This document shows, piece by piece, positions 1-9,587 of a DNA stretch of 64,000 nucleotides. The notes below the pieces were generated by a model. That model was not told the origin of the DNA and did not search any database. It was given only the letters and a program-made list of their open reading frames with translations. How positions within the stretch are numbered: position 1 is the stretch's first letter; every line of letters begins with the position of its first letter. The position numbers were made by a program, and so were the translations under genes. The DNA comes from Chloroflexota bacterium (GTDB taxonomy: Bacteria; Chloroflexota; UBA11872): contig OZ242271.1 in NCBI GenBank assembly GCA_965207185.1, positions 1,856,806 through 1,920,805 on the forward strand. Reading direction: 5' to 3'.

Positions 1-267
1 GGCCATGGTCGGGAGTGCGGGATCCATCAGCGACCGGCCCATGCAAACAAACGTGGCGCCGTTTCGCAGGGCGTCTTGCCCTGTCAACAGCTGGCTGCGA
101 GTCGGCGTGCACATCGGCGCGACGTGGAAGTCTTCAAGCCGAACACTCTCCGCGTGGAGCCGGTCCAGATTCGGCGTTCGCAGGATCGGGTTGCCGTGGC
201 AGGACAAGTCGCCGTAACCCTGATCGTCGGTTAGCAGAACAATCACGTTCGGCTTCTGGTCTGGCAT
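1..267 (-). CDS. Sulfatase (arylsulfatase family), N-terminal fragment; gene continues beyond window start
   Basis: Reverse-strand translation from ATG at 267-265 gives MPDQKPNVIVLLTDDQGYGDLSCHGNPILRTPNLDRL...APMCTPTRSQLLTG with the sulfatase C-x-P-x-R signature (CTPTR). GGGAAGGG RBS-like sequence sits just upstream. Not in the ORF track because there is no stop inside the window. Confidence 0.8.
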   Translation of the reverse strand, partial: MPDQKPNVIVLLTDDQGYGDLSCHGNPILRTPNLDRLHAESVRLEDFHVAPMCTPTRSQLLTGQDALRNGATFVCMGRSLMDPALPTMA

Positions 268-341
268 CTGGTCCCTTCCCGCCTTCGCGTTCTCTTCCGT
301 GGCCGTGGACGGCGCTTCGCTTTGGAGACGTCGGAGGAGAA

Positions 342-896
342 CTAGCCGGCGCGCGACGCCACTGTTCGCCCCAGTTTGCCGTCGCGCACAAATGCCTCGA
401 ATGCGGCCAGGTCCGCAAACACGCGAGTTGAGAGGAATCGAATCGCCCAATTGGTCACCATCGGCGAAATGGCGAAGACGAGCCGACCGGCAGCGTGGGC
501 GCGGTACATCTCCACCGCCGTTCCCATCGTGGCCACGGGCGCATAAGCCACCAGGACGTCGGTCTCCGCAGCTAAGTCCAACTCACCCATAAACGCCTGA
601 CGAGCAGCGTCGTTGTCGTAGGCGACCGAGTCTGGGTTGAGTTCCGCGGGACAGACCACCTCGGCTTCCGGGTGAGCAGCGGTGATGATCTCGCGCAAGT
701 ACTGCCGGTAGTCCTGGGCGTGCAAAACGCTCTCAATGTTCGATCCCTGCATGACACCAGACAGAAATACGGTGAACGCGGGCCTTGTGATCATTCGGCC
801 GTTGTCGGCCGAATCTGGCGACACACGGACTGAAACGGAGTCGGCGCTTGCGGAATTGGAGACAGGCATCAGGGCTCCCTCTTGATAGCTAGCCAA
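342..896 (-). CDS. Hypothetical Rossmann-like protein (YtoQ / nucleoside 2-deoxyribosyltransferase-like fold suspected); true start probably the internal ATG near 794
   Basis: 184-aa ORF. The segment MITRPAFTVFLSG...DVLVAYAP...GTAVEMY resembles nucleoside 2-deoxyribosyltransferase-like proteins. Assignment is weak. Confidence 0.35.
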   Translation of the reverse strand: MASYQEGALMPVSNSASADSVSVRVSPDSADNGRMITRPAFTVFLSGVMQGSNIESVLHAQDYRQYLREIITAAHPEAEVVCPAELNPDSVAYDNDAARQAFMGELDLAAETDVLVAYAPVATMGTAVEMYRAHAAGRLVFAISPMVTNWAIRFLSTRVFADLAAFEAFVRDGKLGRTVASRAG

Positions 897-1339
897 AACG
901 AATCGTCGCGAGTCAGCCGCAATGGTCGACCCGCTTCATCCACGTAGGCGTGCGTGGTCGCGGCGGTGGCCGCAAGCTGTGTGCCGCGCATGATTCGGTA
1001 GGTCAGGTCTACTCGCGCGCGCGAAACCTCGCCCAGCATCAACTGCACGTCAACCACTTCGCCCGCGCAGACCGGCAATTGAAACGTGCAACTACAGGTG
1101 GTCAACGGCAGGTAGATGCCTCGCCGGGTCAAGTCGCCGTAGGGCTGGCCGATGGCTTCCAGCCAACCGATACGCGCCTCTTCCAGCCAGCGAAAGTAGT
1201 TGGAGTGGTGGACGATCCCTTGCGCATCCGTGTCGGAATACCGCACGCGCAGAGACTCGATGTGGTCGCAGGCGTCACTCACCGATGTTGGAAAGGAATT
1301 TGCCAATGGCGTCGGAACCTGACAGGACTGAGAGTTCAA
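869..1339 (-). CDS. Hotdog-fold acyl-CoA thioesterase (4HBT/YbgC-like)
   Basis: Motif RVRYSDTDAQGIVHHSNYFRWLEEAR is typical of 4HBT thioesterases. A GTG at 1282-1280 would overlap the upstream gene's stop by only 8 nt, so the real start is probably there. Confidence 0.65.
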   Translation of the reverse strand: MNSQSCQVPTPLANSFPTSVSDACDHIESLRVRYSDTDAQGIVHHSNYFRWLEEARIGWLEAIGQPYGDLTRRGIYLPLTTCSCTFQLPVCAGEVVDVQLMLGEVSRARVDLTYRIMRGTQLAATAATTHAYVDEAGRPLRLTRDDSFWLAIKREP

Positions 1340-2357
1340 TGTCGAACTCGGTCGTCTCGCCTGGTTCCAGAATCTGCAAGGTTCCGTCGGCGCTGTTAAC
1401 GGCGCGACCCAGCACGGTGCAGTTGGCCGGTTCGATGCCGGTGACGTAGTTGCCCACTCCCAGGAACTTCCACTGGTTCAGAAACGGCAACTGGGATTTC
1501 GGGTACGTGAAGCCCAGACCGATCCCATCGCCGAAGGAGCGGTTGACCAGGGCCGCGTGCACCATCCCGTCGTCATCCGGCTCCACGTCGTGGATCCAGA
1601 CCGTGTTCTGCCAGCCCGGGGTCGGCGGACCGTAGGTGTCCCAGCCGGGTTCCAGCGACGCGGAATGTTCGTCGTAGGGCCGTCGTGATCGGCTGCGTAC
1701 GTGCAGCTTCGACCCGTCATCCACCAGCGGATACCCCGGGTTGAAATGGAAGAGGATCATCGCCGGCTCAGGCTCGGAACCGAGGTTCGTGACCTCGTCG
1801 TGAATGCGAATCGAGGTCGATCCGAGCGACGTTGAAATCCGCCGCTTGAGTTCCAGGTTTTCTCCAAACAGCGCGGCCTGCCGCACGCGACCCTGCACCC
1901 ACATCTCGTACTCGTCACCCTTCCACTCGCCGTCGGCATGAACGTTTGAGGCGGCCAGGTTTGAAAGTCGTCCGTGCAATCCCAGGTCGGTGTACAGGCG
2001 GTCGGGGTCGACGGCCGGGTCGCCAACGTTGTCCAGACCTCCGGTGACCAGCAGCCCTAGCACTGTGCTGCGCACCCAGCCCCAGCCTTCGGGTTCGTGG
2101 TACGCACCATGCATCTCGCCGGCCGCGCTCCGGAATCCCAGGGGGATGCCGTTGAACCATGCCCCGGTAATGTCCAGGGCGCGACCCGGAATGACGGTGA
2201 ATCGCAATCCCGAACCGGTGTTGACGTCAACAACTGCCAGCCCATCGCCGGACCCGCCGTCCAGGCGGTACTCGCGCACCCCGCCGACTTGCGAAACGTC
2301 TCCCACGCGCGCCATCAACTCGGCACGGCTGTACTGACGACCCCACAGGTTCGGCAT
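1275..2357 (-). CDS. Aldose 1-epimerase family protein (DUF4432-like galactose mutarotase fold)
   Basis: 360-aa ORF with N-terminus MPNLWGRQYSRAELMARVGDVSQVGGVREYRLDGGSG, as in DUF4432/aldose epimerase family proteins. Confidence 0.65.
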   Translation of the reverse strand: MPNLWGRQYSRAELMARVGDVSQVGGVREYRLDGGSGDGLAVVDVNTGSGLRFTVIPGRALDITGAWFNGIPLGFRSAAGEMHGAYHEPEGWGWVRSTVLGLLVTGGLDNVGDPAVDPDRLYTDLGLHGRLSNLAASNVHADGEWKGDEYEMWVQGRVRQAALFGENLELKRRISTSLGSTSIRIHDEVTNLGSEPEPAMILFHFNPGYPLVDDGSKLHVRSRSRRPYDEHSASLEPGWDTYGPPTPGWQNTVWIHDVEPDDDGMVHAALVNRSFGDGIGLGFTYPKSQLPFLNQWKFLGVGNYVTGIEPANCTVLGRAVNSADGTLQILEPGETTEFDIELSVLSGSDAIGKFLSNIGE

Positions 2358-2410
2358 GGCGGCTCTCGGCTGGCGGCTAGCAGGCGGCGCCTATTGTAGG
2401 CGCGGGGACA

Positions 2411-3670
2411 TTACGCGCTCGCGGGCGCTCGCGTGCCTGCGCGCTCCCAACCAAGCGCGACCAGCAGCAACAGCGCCGAGACCAGGCCTGCGGCGCCCAG
2501 CCAGCCCATGCCGGCGCCGCCAACTAGCAGCGGTCCCGACGAGACGCTGCTAAGCGCGCCCACGACGCCGATCAGCACTTCAACCCGGCCCTGGACGCGG
2601 GCGCGCACGTTCAGCGGCAGCCCGCGCGACAGCATGGTGGAGCCGGCCACGAAACAGGCATTCCATCCGTATCCCAGCAGGAACATGGCCGGCAGCACCG
2701 TGCCCACGCCCGCATCCAGCCCGGCCAGCGCACTGGCCAGCATCAGCAGCACTGCGCCCAGCAATACCATCGGCCGTGGCCCAAACGTATCCACCAGGCG
2801 ACCCGTCACCGGCGCCAATGCAAACATGCCCGCCACGTGTGCGGTCATTGCCGCAGGGACCGCCTCCTCCAGGTTCGCGAAGGTGTGTAGGTGCAGCGGA
2901 ACCACAACCATGATGAGAGTCATGACAGCCTGACCTGTCAGCATGGCCCAGATGCCCAGTTGCACCCGGCGGTCGCGCAATGCACCGCGCAGGTCCAGGG
3001 CCTCGCCGGCCGCCGCCAGGGTGTCCCGCGCCAAATCGGCCACATCGGCTACGTCGCGCGGATCGGGTCGCACGAAGGCCCAGGTCACCAACGCAGCGAA
3101 CACCAACATTCCCGCCGCGGCCAGCCAGGGTCCGGCAAAGGGCGACAGCCCGACCGAACTCGCGAGATCCTGCGTATAGCCGCCAAGCAGCGGTCCGCCC
3201 AAAGCGCCGGCAGTGCCGCCCCAGACGACAATCCCGATGGCTCGGCCACGACGGCTCGCCGGATAGACCTCGGCCGCGACGTAACGCGACATGTCGCCAC
3301 CGGTGCGCGCCACGCCCACCAGGAGCGACGCGACCAGCAGCAGCCAGAACCACCCGGCCGCGATCGCCAGTGCGCAGGTAAGGGCGCCCACGGCTCCCAG
3401 CGCGTAGCTGCCGGCGATGGCCGGTCGACGCCCAAACACGTCCATCGCGCGGGCGATTGGCGGCGGGCCGATCGCCCTGCCGACCATCGAAATGGCGGCG
3501 GGCAATCCCGCCAGTTCCGCGTGGCCGCTGATCTCCTTGGCGGCGATGGTGACCACAATGAACCCGGCCAGATAGCCGACACCGATGCCGCCGCGCGCCA
3601 CGAACAGCGCGCCGACGATGCGGCGCCGACCGGCATCGGTGATTGCGGGCGACGCCGCAAGGGTGCTCAT
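2411..3670 (-). CDS. MFS transporter
   Basis: 419 aa, about 12 hydrophobic segments. MFS motif-like GRRPAIAGSYALGAVG...DVFGRR. Confidence 0.85.
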   Translation of the reverse strand: MSTLAASPAITDAGRRRIVGALFVARGGIGVGYLAGFIVVTIAAKEISGHAELAGLPAAISMVGRAIGPPPIARAMDVFGRRPAIAGSYALGAVGALTCALAIAAGWFWLLLVASLLVGVARTGGDMSRYVAAEVYPASRRGRAIGIVVWGGTAGALGGPLLGGYTQDLASSVGLSPFAGPWLAAAGMLVFAALVTWAFVRPDPRDVADVADLARDTLAAAGEALDLRGALRDRRVQLGIWAMLTGQAVMTLIMVVVPLHLHTFANLEEAVPAAMTAHVAGMFALAPVTGRLVDTFGPRPMVLLGAVLLMLASALAGLDAGVGTVLPAMFLLGYGWNACFVAGSTMLSRGLPLNVRARVQGRVEVLIGVVGALSSVSSGPLLVGGAGMGWLGAAGLVSALLLLVALGWERAGTRAPASA

Positions 3671-3764
3671 TGGTTGGTCGGGAGTCTACGCGCCGACATA
3701 CCGAGTCTGCTGGACGCGCCGCGACCGCTAGGCTGTCCCAGGCGAATACGCGAGGAACGTATCG

Positions 3765-4553
3765 ATGGGTGAGCAGGTCGCGTTAGTTACGGGTGGCGCC
3801 ATGGGGATCGGCGCCGGAATCGCGGAATCCTTCGCCGCCGCCGGCGCGGCGGTGAGCGTGGCCGACGTTGACGAGGCAGCGGCCCGCGGCCTGGTGGACC
3901 GCCTGAACGACGCCGGTCGGCGTGCCATCGCAGTTGTCGGCGACGTGAGTTCCATCGCCGACGCCGAACGCATGGTCGCGGAAACCGTCGCTGAGTTCGG
4001 CGGCCTGGACGTGCTGGTCAACAACGCCGGCATTCAGCCGACGGCTTCATACATGACCGCCGAGGAGATGGACGAGGCTACGTGGGATCGCATCATCGAC
4101 ATCAATCTCAAAGGCCAGTTCCTGATGTCCAAGTTCGCTATCCCGCGCCTGCGGGAGCGCGGCGGCGGGACGATTATCAACATCGCCAGCGTGCAGGGAT
4201 TGCAGTCGCAGCCGCAGGTGCCGGCCTATGCGGCCAGCAAGGGCGGCAGCCTGTCGCTGACCCGCAATATGGCGCTGGACTTTGCCAGGGACAACATTCG
4301 CGTGTTGGCCATCAACCCCGGAACAATCGACACGCCGCTGGCGCGCGGGGCGGCCCGGGCGTTTGGGGACGAGGACGAGATGCTGAACCTGTGGGGAAGC
4401 TCGCACCCGTTGGGCCGGGTCGGCCAGACGTCGGAGATCGGCGCCGTGGCGGTGTTCCTGGCCAGTGAGGGCGCTTCGTTCATGACCGGCGAGTTCGTCA
4501 ACGTGGACGGCGGATACATGGCCCTGGGCGCCTGGGCGGCCGGAACCGACTAG
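3765..4553 (+). CDS. SDR family oxidoreductase
   Basis: TGGAMGIG Rossmann motif; NNAG; catalytic YAASK; PG motif. Confidence 0.9.
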   Translation: MGEQVALVTGGAMGIGAGIAESFAAAGAAVSVADVDEAAARGLVDRLNDAGRRAIAVVGDVSSIADAERMVAETVAEFGGLDVLVNNAGIQPTASYMTAEEMDEATWDRIIDINLKGQFLMSKFAIPRLRERGGGTIINIASVQGLQSQPQVPAYAASKGGSLSLTRNMALDFARDNIRVLAINPGTIDTPLARGAARAFGDEDEMLNLWGSSHPLGRVGQTSEIGAVAVFLASEGASFMTGEFVNVDGGYMALGAWAAGTD

Positions 4554-4563
4554 CAGCCCACGC

Positions 4564-5217
4564 TCACTGTCTTCCGACGCGGGGCGCCAGCGCGTTCCAG
4601 GCGGCGGCGAGTTCGCGGTTTGCGCTGAAGCTGCCGTAAAGCGCGGCCCACATGTCGTCGACGGCTGCTTCGGCCGCCGCTCGATCGCCTTTGGCCAGGG
4701 CCTGCTCCAATGCCTCAATGCCTGTGCGCTGGGCCTCGGCGGCCGCCTGCGCGGCTTGTGCCGCTTCGTTGGCGGCGGCCGCGTGCGCGGAGGTGAGATC
4801 GGCGATGGGAGGCGGTGGCGTTTCCGCATCCATTGCCGCGCGCTCGGAAGTCGTAGACCCCCCGTAGCGCGGCGGCGCTTTGACCCCGTTCTCCTCCCAC
4901 CAGGTGTGCGTGGGGTCGATGTGCGGAGTGACCGAGAGATACATGGTCATTGGGGCGTCGCCGACGCAGCGGACGATGTGGATCTCGTCGCGGTCGGCGA
5001 AGCAGAGCTGGCCCGGGCCGAGCACCTCACTGTGGCCTTCGATCACGAATTCGGCCTCGCCTTCGAGGATCAGGAAGATCTCGGCGCCCAGGTCGTGGCT
5101 GTGCGGGACGTTCTCCTCACCCGGCTCCATCCGGAGGAAGCGCGCCCGGATGTCGGGCTGGATGACCAGGTTCTGAATGTCGGTACGTGCATCGAAGACT
5201 CTGAAAGCCATGCTCAA
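4564..5217 (-). CDS. Cupin domain protein with Ala-rich helical C-terminal extension
   Basis: N-terminal cupin motifs (PHSHDLGAEIFLILEGEAEF...GQLCFADRDEIHIV). The last 90 aa or so are low-complexity and Ala/Glu rich. Confidence 0.65.
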   Translation of the reverse strand: MSMAFRVFDARTDIQNLVIQPDIRARFLRMEPGEENVPHSHDLGAEIFLILEGEAEFVIEGHSEVLGPGQLCFADRDEIHIVRCVGDAPMTMYLSVTPHIDPTHTWWEENGVKAPPRYGGSTTSERAAMDAETPPPPIADLTSAHAAAANEAAQAAQAAAEAQRTGIEALEQALAKGDRAAAEAAVDDMWAALYGSFSANRELAAAWNALAPRVGRQ

Positions 5218-6299
5218 CTCCCGCCGGTAAACGAAGCCCGCACGATGTCGCGAACGAGCGTCAGGTGGTCAATCAATTCGGTGCCGGGCGTATCAGGTGT
5301 CTGTCCGGACTGAATGCAGTCGTGGAAGTGCTCCAGTTCACGCTTGAACGGGTTCTCGTGCCAGGACAGTTCTCGCCGGGATGGGGAGCCGTCGGCGTCC
5401 GTCTCCTGCACAACCGCCGTGGTCGGCAGTCCACGACTGAATCCGGTGGGGAACGAGACGATGACTCGCTCCGAGCGTCCGTAGACGGCGAAGGTCTCCT
5501 CGAATGCCCAGAGGTCGGGCAGGTCGACCCAGGTGAGCACTGTCCGAATGCCATTCGGGTACCGCAGCGTGCTCGTGACCCCGCCTCCCTTCCGCCAGAT
5601 TTCGGTATTCAGTACGGCCTCCGGCGGGCCGAACATGCCGTGCAGCACGCTGATGTCGTGGATCAGGCTGCCATTCGCCAACTGATACGCCCGAACCAGT
5701 TCCTCGGAGGGATCTTCCAGGCCCAGCGCTTCCGCAATCAACGCGGTGTCGGCTGCCCGCAACCGAGCGACAACGTCGTCCGGCAGGTTGGCCCGGTGAA
5801 ACGAGAACTCGGCCATATGCAGGTCATTCGACGGGTGCAGGTGGTTGATCTGGATTAGCCGCACGTCCTGCATGGCCCGCACGCGGCTCGCGGCGTAGGC
5901 GTAGCTGGGCTCGTAGCGCTTGGGATACGCCACCATCAGCACGACGCCAGCCGCTTGGCAGGCGTCGATCATGGACCGCGCCTCCGCCAGCGTGACGCAG
6001 GCCGGCTTCTCCACCAGCACGTGCTTGCCGGCCTCGGCCGCGGCCAGAACCTGTGGGGCATGGGACCCGGAGGAACAGATCAGCACGGCATCGATGTCGG
6101 AGGCCACGAGGTCGTGGACATCGGTGAAGCGGGCTTGCTCCGGCACGTGAAAGTCGTCGCCGACCTTGCGCAGCAGGTCCGGTGCGATGTCGCAGATGCC
6201 GCCGATCTCAAAGCGGTCACGGCCCTCGCGCAGGTGCGGCAAGTGTTGGATCTGGGCGATCGCGCCGCAGCCGACGACGCCCACCCTTAGACGAGACAT
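5214..6299 (-). CDS. Gfo/Idh/MocA family oxidoreductase
   Basis: N-terminal VGVVGCGAIAQ Rossmann motif; EKP motif (HVLVEKP); 4-bp overlap with the downstream cupin gene. Confidence 0.85.
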   Translation of the reverse strand: MSRLRVGVVGCGAIAQIQHLPHLREGRDRFEIGGICDIAPDLLRKVGDDFHVPEQARFTDVHDLVASDIDAVLICSSGSHAPQVLAAAEAGKHVLVEKPACVTLAEARSMIDACQAAGVVLMVAYPKRYEPSYAYAASRVRAMQDVRLIQINHLHPSNDLHMAEFSFHRANLPDDVVARLRAADTALIAEALGLEDPSEELVRAYQLANGSLIHDISVLHGMFGPPEAVLNTEIWRKGGGVTSTLRYPNGIRTVLTWVDLPDLWAFEETFAVYGRSERVIVSFPTGFSRGLPTTAVVQETDADGSPSRRELSWHENPFKRELEHFHDCIQSGQTPDTPGTELIDHLTLVRDIVRASFTGGS

Positions 6300-6465
6300 T
6301 GACTAGCTCCTCGCCCGCCGAGTCCGTTCAGCGTAGAACGATCAGGGGACAGCGTCGAAACCGCGCTCGCTGCTCTGCGAGTGATGGCAGCAGGGTATGG
6401 CCGCCCGGAGTCTCTGGTTGCCGCCGCCCAGCGCACGATTCTGCGCCGGCGTTTGGTCTCGGCTG

Positions 6466-6666
6466 TCAGTCGGTGTTGCGATTGCTTGCGATTAGCGCGT
6501 CGCGCATGCCTTCCAGCAGACCCTCGGATCGTGCCTGCTGTCGGGCCAGCTCGGTCAGATCGCGCCGCATCTCGCGCAGGTCGGCCCGCATCGCGGCCAG
6601 TCCGGCCACGATAAGCGCCGCCAGCGCCACGCCCACCGACAGGACACCGATCAGTTCGGGTGTCAT
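6466..6666 (-). CDS. Small membrane protein: N-terminal TM helix + coiled coil (paralog of 38079-38270)
   Basis: 66 aa: MTPELIGVLSVGVALAALIVAGL... then a charged helical tail ending ARSEGLLEGMRDAL. 38079-38270 has the same architecture and the same N-terminal (M-S/T-PELIG-I/V-L) and C-terminal (AR-x-EG-x-x-EG) motifs. Confidence 0.45.
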   Translation of the reverse strand: MTPELIGVLSVGVALAALIVAGLAAMRADLREMRRDLTELARQQARSEGLLEGMRDALIASNRNTD

Positions 6667-6771
6667 AGCTGTAGTTTCTCACGTCGCCGTCGGTTCGTAT
6701 TGCCCGCCGACGTTGACATCCGAACGCCTGTCAACTGACGATTGGGCGGGGTGAATTCGGGGAACGTTGCC

Positions 6772-7491
6772 ATGCAACGCGTAGGACTGCTGGTTCCGTC
6801 GGTCAATACGGTTGTCGAACCTGAGTTCTGGCGCTTGGCTCCGTCCACCGCCACTGTGCACTCGGCGCGTATGCGTAACTCGACCTGCGGAGTGGACGAC
6901 GCCCGCGAGATGCTGGCGCACGCCGAGCGGGCTGCGGACGAGGTTGGGAGTGCGCTGGTGGACATCGTGGCGTTCGCCTGCACGGCCAGCAGCTTTGTGG
7001 ACGGGCGCGACGGTGAGACGTCGCTGCGCGAGTCCATTGCGGCGGCTGCGAACGCACCGGCCATTACGACGTCCGGCGCAGTGGCCGAGGCTCTGGAATC
7101 GCTGGGGAGCCGGCGAGTTGCGCTCTATACGCCGTATCCGGCCGAGCTGAACGATCACGAGGAAGAGTTCCTGGCCACGCATGGCGTTGACACGTTGTGC
7201 GCGTATGGACTCGGGATCTCCGCGGCGGTGGAGATCGCCGACGTGACCGCGATTGAACTCCGCGACTTCGTCGACGCCCAACCGCCGCCGGCCGACGCCG
7301 ACACGATCTTCCTCTCGTGCACCAACATGGCGACCTTCGAGGTCATCCGGCCGCTGGAAGCGGCGTACGGGTTGCCCGTGGTCAGCAGTAACAGCGCAAC
7401 CTTCGCGGCAATTTCGCGGCGGCTCGGCTGGGACGTGCCGGCCACGCTGGGGGCGCTGGCCGGTCGAGCGACAGCACCGGCTCTCACTTAG
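6772..7491 (+). CDS. Asp/Glu/hydantoin racemase superfamily protein (maleate cis-trans isomerase / arylmalonate decarboxylase-like)
   Basis: MQRVGLLVPSVNTVVEPEF start is typical of maleate isomerase family. ATG at 6772 has GGGGAA upstream; the track's TTG at 6742 is less likely. Confidence 0.7.
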   Translation: MQRVGLLVPSVNTVVEPEFWRLAPSTATVHSARMRNSTCGVDDAREMLAHAERAADEVGSALVDIVAFACTASSFVDGRDGETSLRESIAAAANAPAITTSGAVAEALESLGSRRVALYTPYPAELNDHEEEFLATHGVDTLCAYGLGISAAVEIADVTAIELRDFVDAQPPPADADTIFLSCTNMATFEVIRPLEAAYGLPVVSSNSATFAAISRRLGWDVPATLGALAGRATAPALT

Positions 7492-7502
7492 CGACCTGCA
7501 AC

Positions 7503-9587
7503 TTGAAGGCCGATAGTCCGAGTTCCGGCCTGCGCAGTGCGGCGGACGTTGGGGGGACCTTCACCGACCTCGTGGCGGTGGACGCGGATGGCGCGGTTAC
7601 GCGGCACAAGACGCTGTCCACGCCGCCTGAATTCGATAGCGGGGTGCTTGCGGGCCTTCAAGCGTGCAGCGGGGACTCCCTCGCATCGCTGACCAGCCTG
7701 CTGCACGCCAGCACGGTGGCGACCAACGCAATCCTGGAGCGTCGCGGGCCGCGTACAGGTCTGATTACAACCGAGGGCTTCCGCGACGTGTTGGAGATCG
7801 GGCGGCTGCGCTATCCGCGGCTGTATGACCTGAGTTGGTCGCGACCCGAGCCACTGGTGGAGCGCCGGCTGCGTTTGGGAGTCGACGAACGCATGGCCGC
7901 CGACGGATCGGTGGTTGCCCCGTTGGACGCGGGAACTGTGTCCGACGCGTTGAACGTACTTGCTGAAGCCGACGTGGAAGCCGTGGCGATCTGTCTCCTC
8001 AATTCGTACGTGAATGGACGGCACGAGATTGAGGTCGAGCGATTGGTCCGGGAGCGACTGCCTGATGTGGCGGTTTCGCGCAGTTCGGCGGTGTTGCCGC
8101 TCATCCGTGAATACGACCGCACCAGCACCACGGTTATCAACGCCTACCTGCAGCCGATCATGGGGGACTACCTGGAGCGGTTGGCGCAGGGCTTGCGCCG
8201 GGCCGGCTCGCGGGCGCCGATCCTGATGCTGCAATCCAGCGGCGGGGTGATGCCGGCGGCCGAGGCGGCCCAGCTGCCGGCCTATTGCCTGGAGTCGGGG
8301 CCGACCGCCGGGGTGCTGGCGGCTGCGCAATTGGCCCGAGCGCGGAGCCTGGACCGGGTGTTGGCGTTCGACATGGGCGGCACGACCGCCAAGGCGGCGG
8401 TGGTGCTGGACGGTGTCCCGGCCATCGCGCCGGAGATGGAGCTTGGGGGCGGCATCAGTTCCGGCACGCGCCTGACGCGCGGCTCGGGGTACCTGCTGCG
8501 GACGCCGACGATCGACCTGGCCGAGATCGGCGCCGGCGGCGGCAGCATCGCGCGGGTGGATCAGGCCGGCGGCTTGTCGGTTGGGCCCGACAGCGCCGGG
8601 GCTGACCCCGGCCCGGCTTGCTATGGGCGCGGCGGGCAGGAGGCAACGCTGACGGACGTGAAAGTGGTGTTGGGTCACGTCAGCCCCACGGGTTTGCTGG
8701 GTGGCGACATGGCGATCGATGCGGCAAGGGCCGAGCGGGCGGTGGCGGAACAGCTTGCGGGGCCGCTGGGAACCGACATTGCGCGGGCGGCGGATGCCGC
8801 CCGGCAGGTGGCAGCAGCCGAATTGGCGCGCGCCTTGCGGGCGGTTACCAGCGAACGCGGTGTGGACCCGGCGGCTTTCACATTGGTGGCGTTCGGCGGA
8901 GGCGGGCCTGGCATGGCTGCTGCTGTAGCCGACCTGCTGGGGATCCGGCGGATCCTGGCGCCGGCCGGGCCGGGGGTGTTCAGCGCCACCGGGCTGCTGG
9001 GCGCCGACCTGCGCTGGATGGCCACCCACTCGCCGCTGATCGATCTGGGCGCGGCCAATGCGGGTAGCCGGATGGACGAAGCGCTTGGGTCGCTGCGTGA
9101 GCGCTGCATGGCGCTGGCGGCGGCGGGCGGCTATCGGGCCACAGATCTGGAGATCGAGTCGGTGGCCGAGTGCCGATACCGCGGGCAGTCGTTCGAGATT
9201 CCGGCGACGATTCCGGCGGGCCGCGTTACGAAGCGGACGCTTGACACCATCCGCGACCGGTTCGAGGCGCTGCATGAAGCCACGTATGGGCACCGGGATT
9301 CGACGAGCCCGGTGATCGCGGCGGTGCTGCGGGTGAGTGCGGTGCGGGCGAATGACCCGATTGCGTTGCGCGAGGCGCAGGCGCGGAGTGAGACGCAGAT
9401 AAAGCGCCGGGCCTGGTTTGAGGGGCGTTGGCGGAACGTGCCGGTGCTGCGTCGCGGGGACCTGGGGCGGCGGCCGACGTTGGGTCCGTTGATCGTGGAG
9501 GACTATGACGCCACCACCGTGGTTCCGCCGGGCTGGCGCTGCGCGCGAGAGGCGGACGGGGCATTGCTGCTGGCGGCGAACCGATGA
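7503..9587 (+). CDS. hyuA: Hydantoinase/oxoprolinase family protein, A subunit (N-methylhydantoinase A-like)
   Basis: GGTFTDLV motif near the N-terminus; 694 aa; immediately followed, with overlap, by a hydantoinase B homolog. Confidence 0.85.
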   Translation: MKADSPSSGLRSAADVGGTFTDLVAVDADGAVTRHKTLSTPPEFDSGVLAGLQACSGDSLASLTSLLHASTVATNAILERRGPRTGLITTEGFRDVLEIGRLRYPRLYDLSWSRPEPLVERRLRLGVDERMAADGSVVAPLDAGTVSDALNVLAEADVEAVAICLLNSYVNGRHEIEVERLVRERLPDVAVSRSSAVLPLIREYDRTSTTVINAYLQPIMGDYLERLAQGLRRAGSRAPILMLQSSGGVMPAAEAAQLPAYCLESGPTAGVLAAAQLARARSLDRVLAFDMGGTTAKAAVVLDGVPAIAPEMELGGGISSGTRLTRGSGYLLRTPTIDLAEIGAGGGSIARVDQAGGLSVGPDSAGADPGPACYGRGGQEATLTDVKVVLGHVSPTGLLGGDMAIDAARAERAVAEQLAGPLGTDIARAADAARQVAAAELARALRAVTSERGVDPAAFTLVAFGGGGPGMAAAVADLLGIRRILAPAGPGVFSATGLLGADLRWMATHSPLIDLGAANAGSRMDEALGSLRERCMALAAAGGYRATDLEIESVAECRYRGQSFEIPATIPAGRVTKRTLDTIRDRFEALHEATYGHRDSTSPVIAAVLRVSAVRANDPIALREAQARSETQIKRRAWFEGRWRNVPVLRRGDLGRRPTLGPLIVEDYDATTVVPPGWRCAREADGALLLAANR

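Noticed and set aside
2580-3353. Nested ORFs inside the MFS transporter gene on both strands (2580-3353, 2891-3772, 3085-3660)
   Set aside because: Arg/Pro/Gly-rich artefacts of high GC. They overlap a convincing MFS gene.
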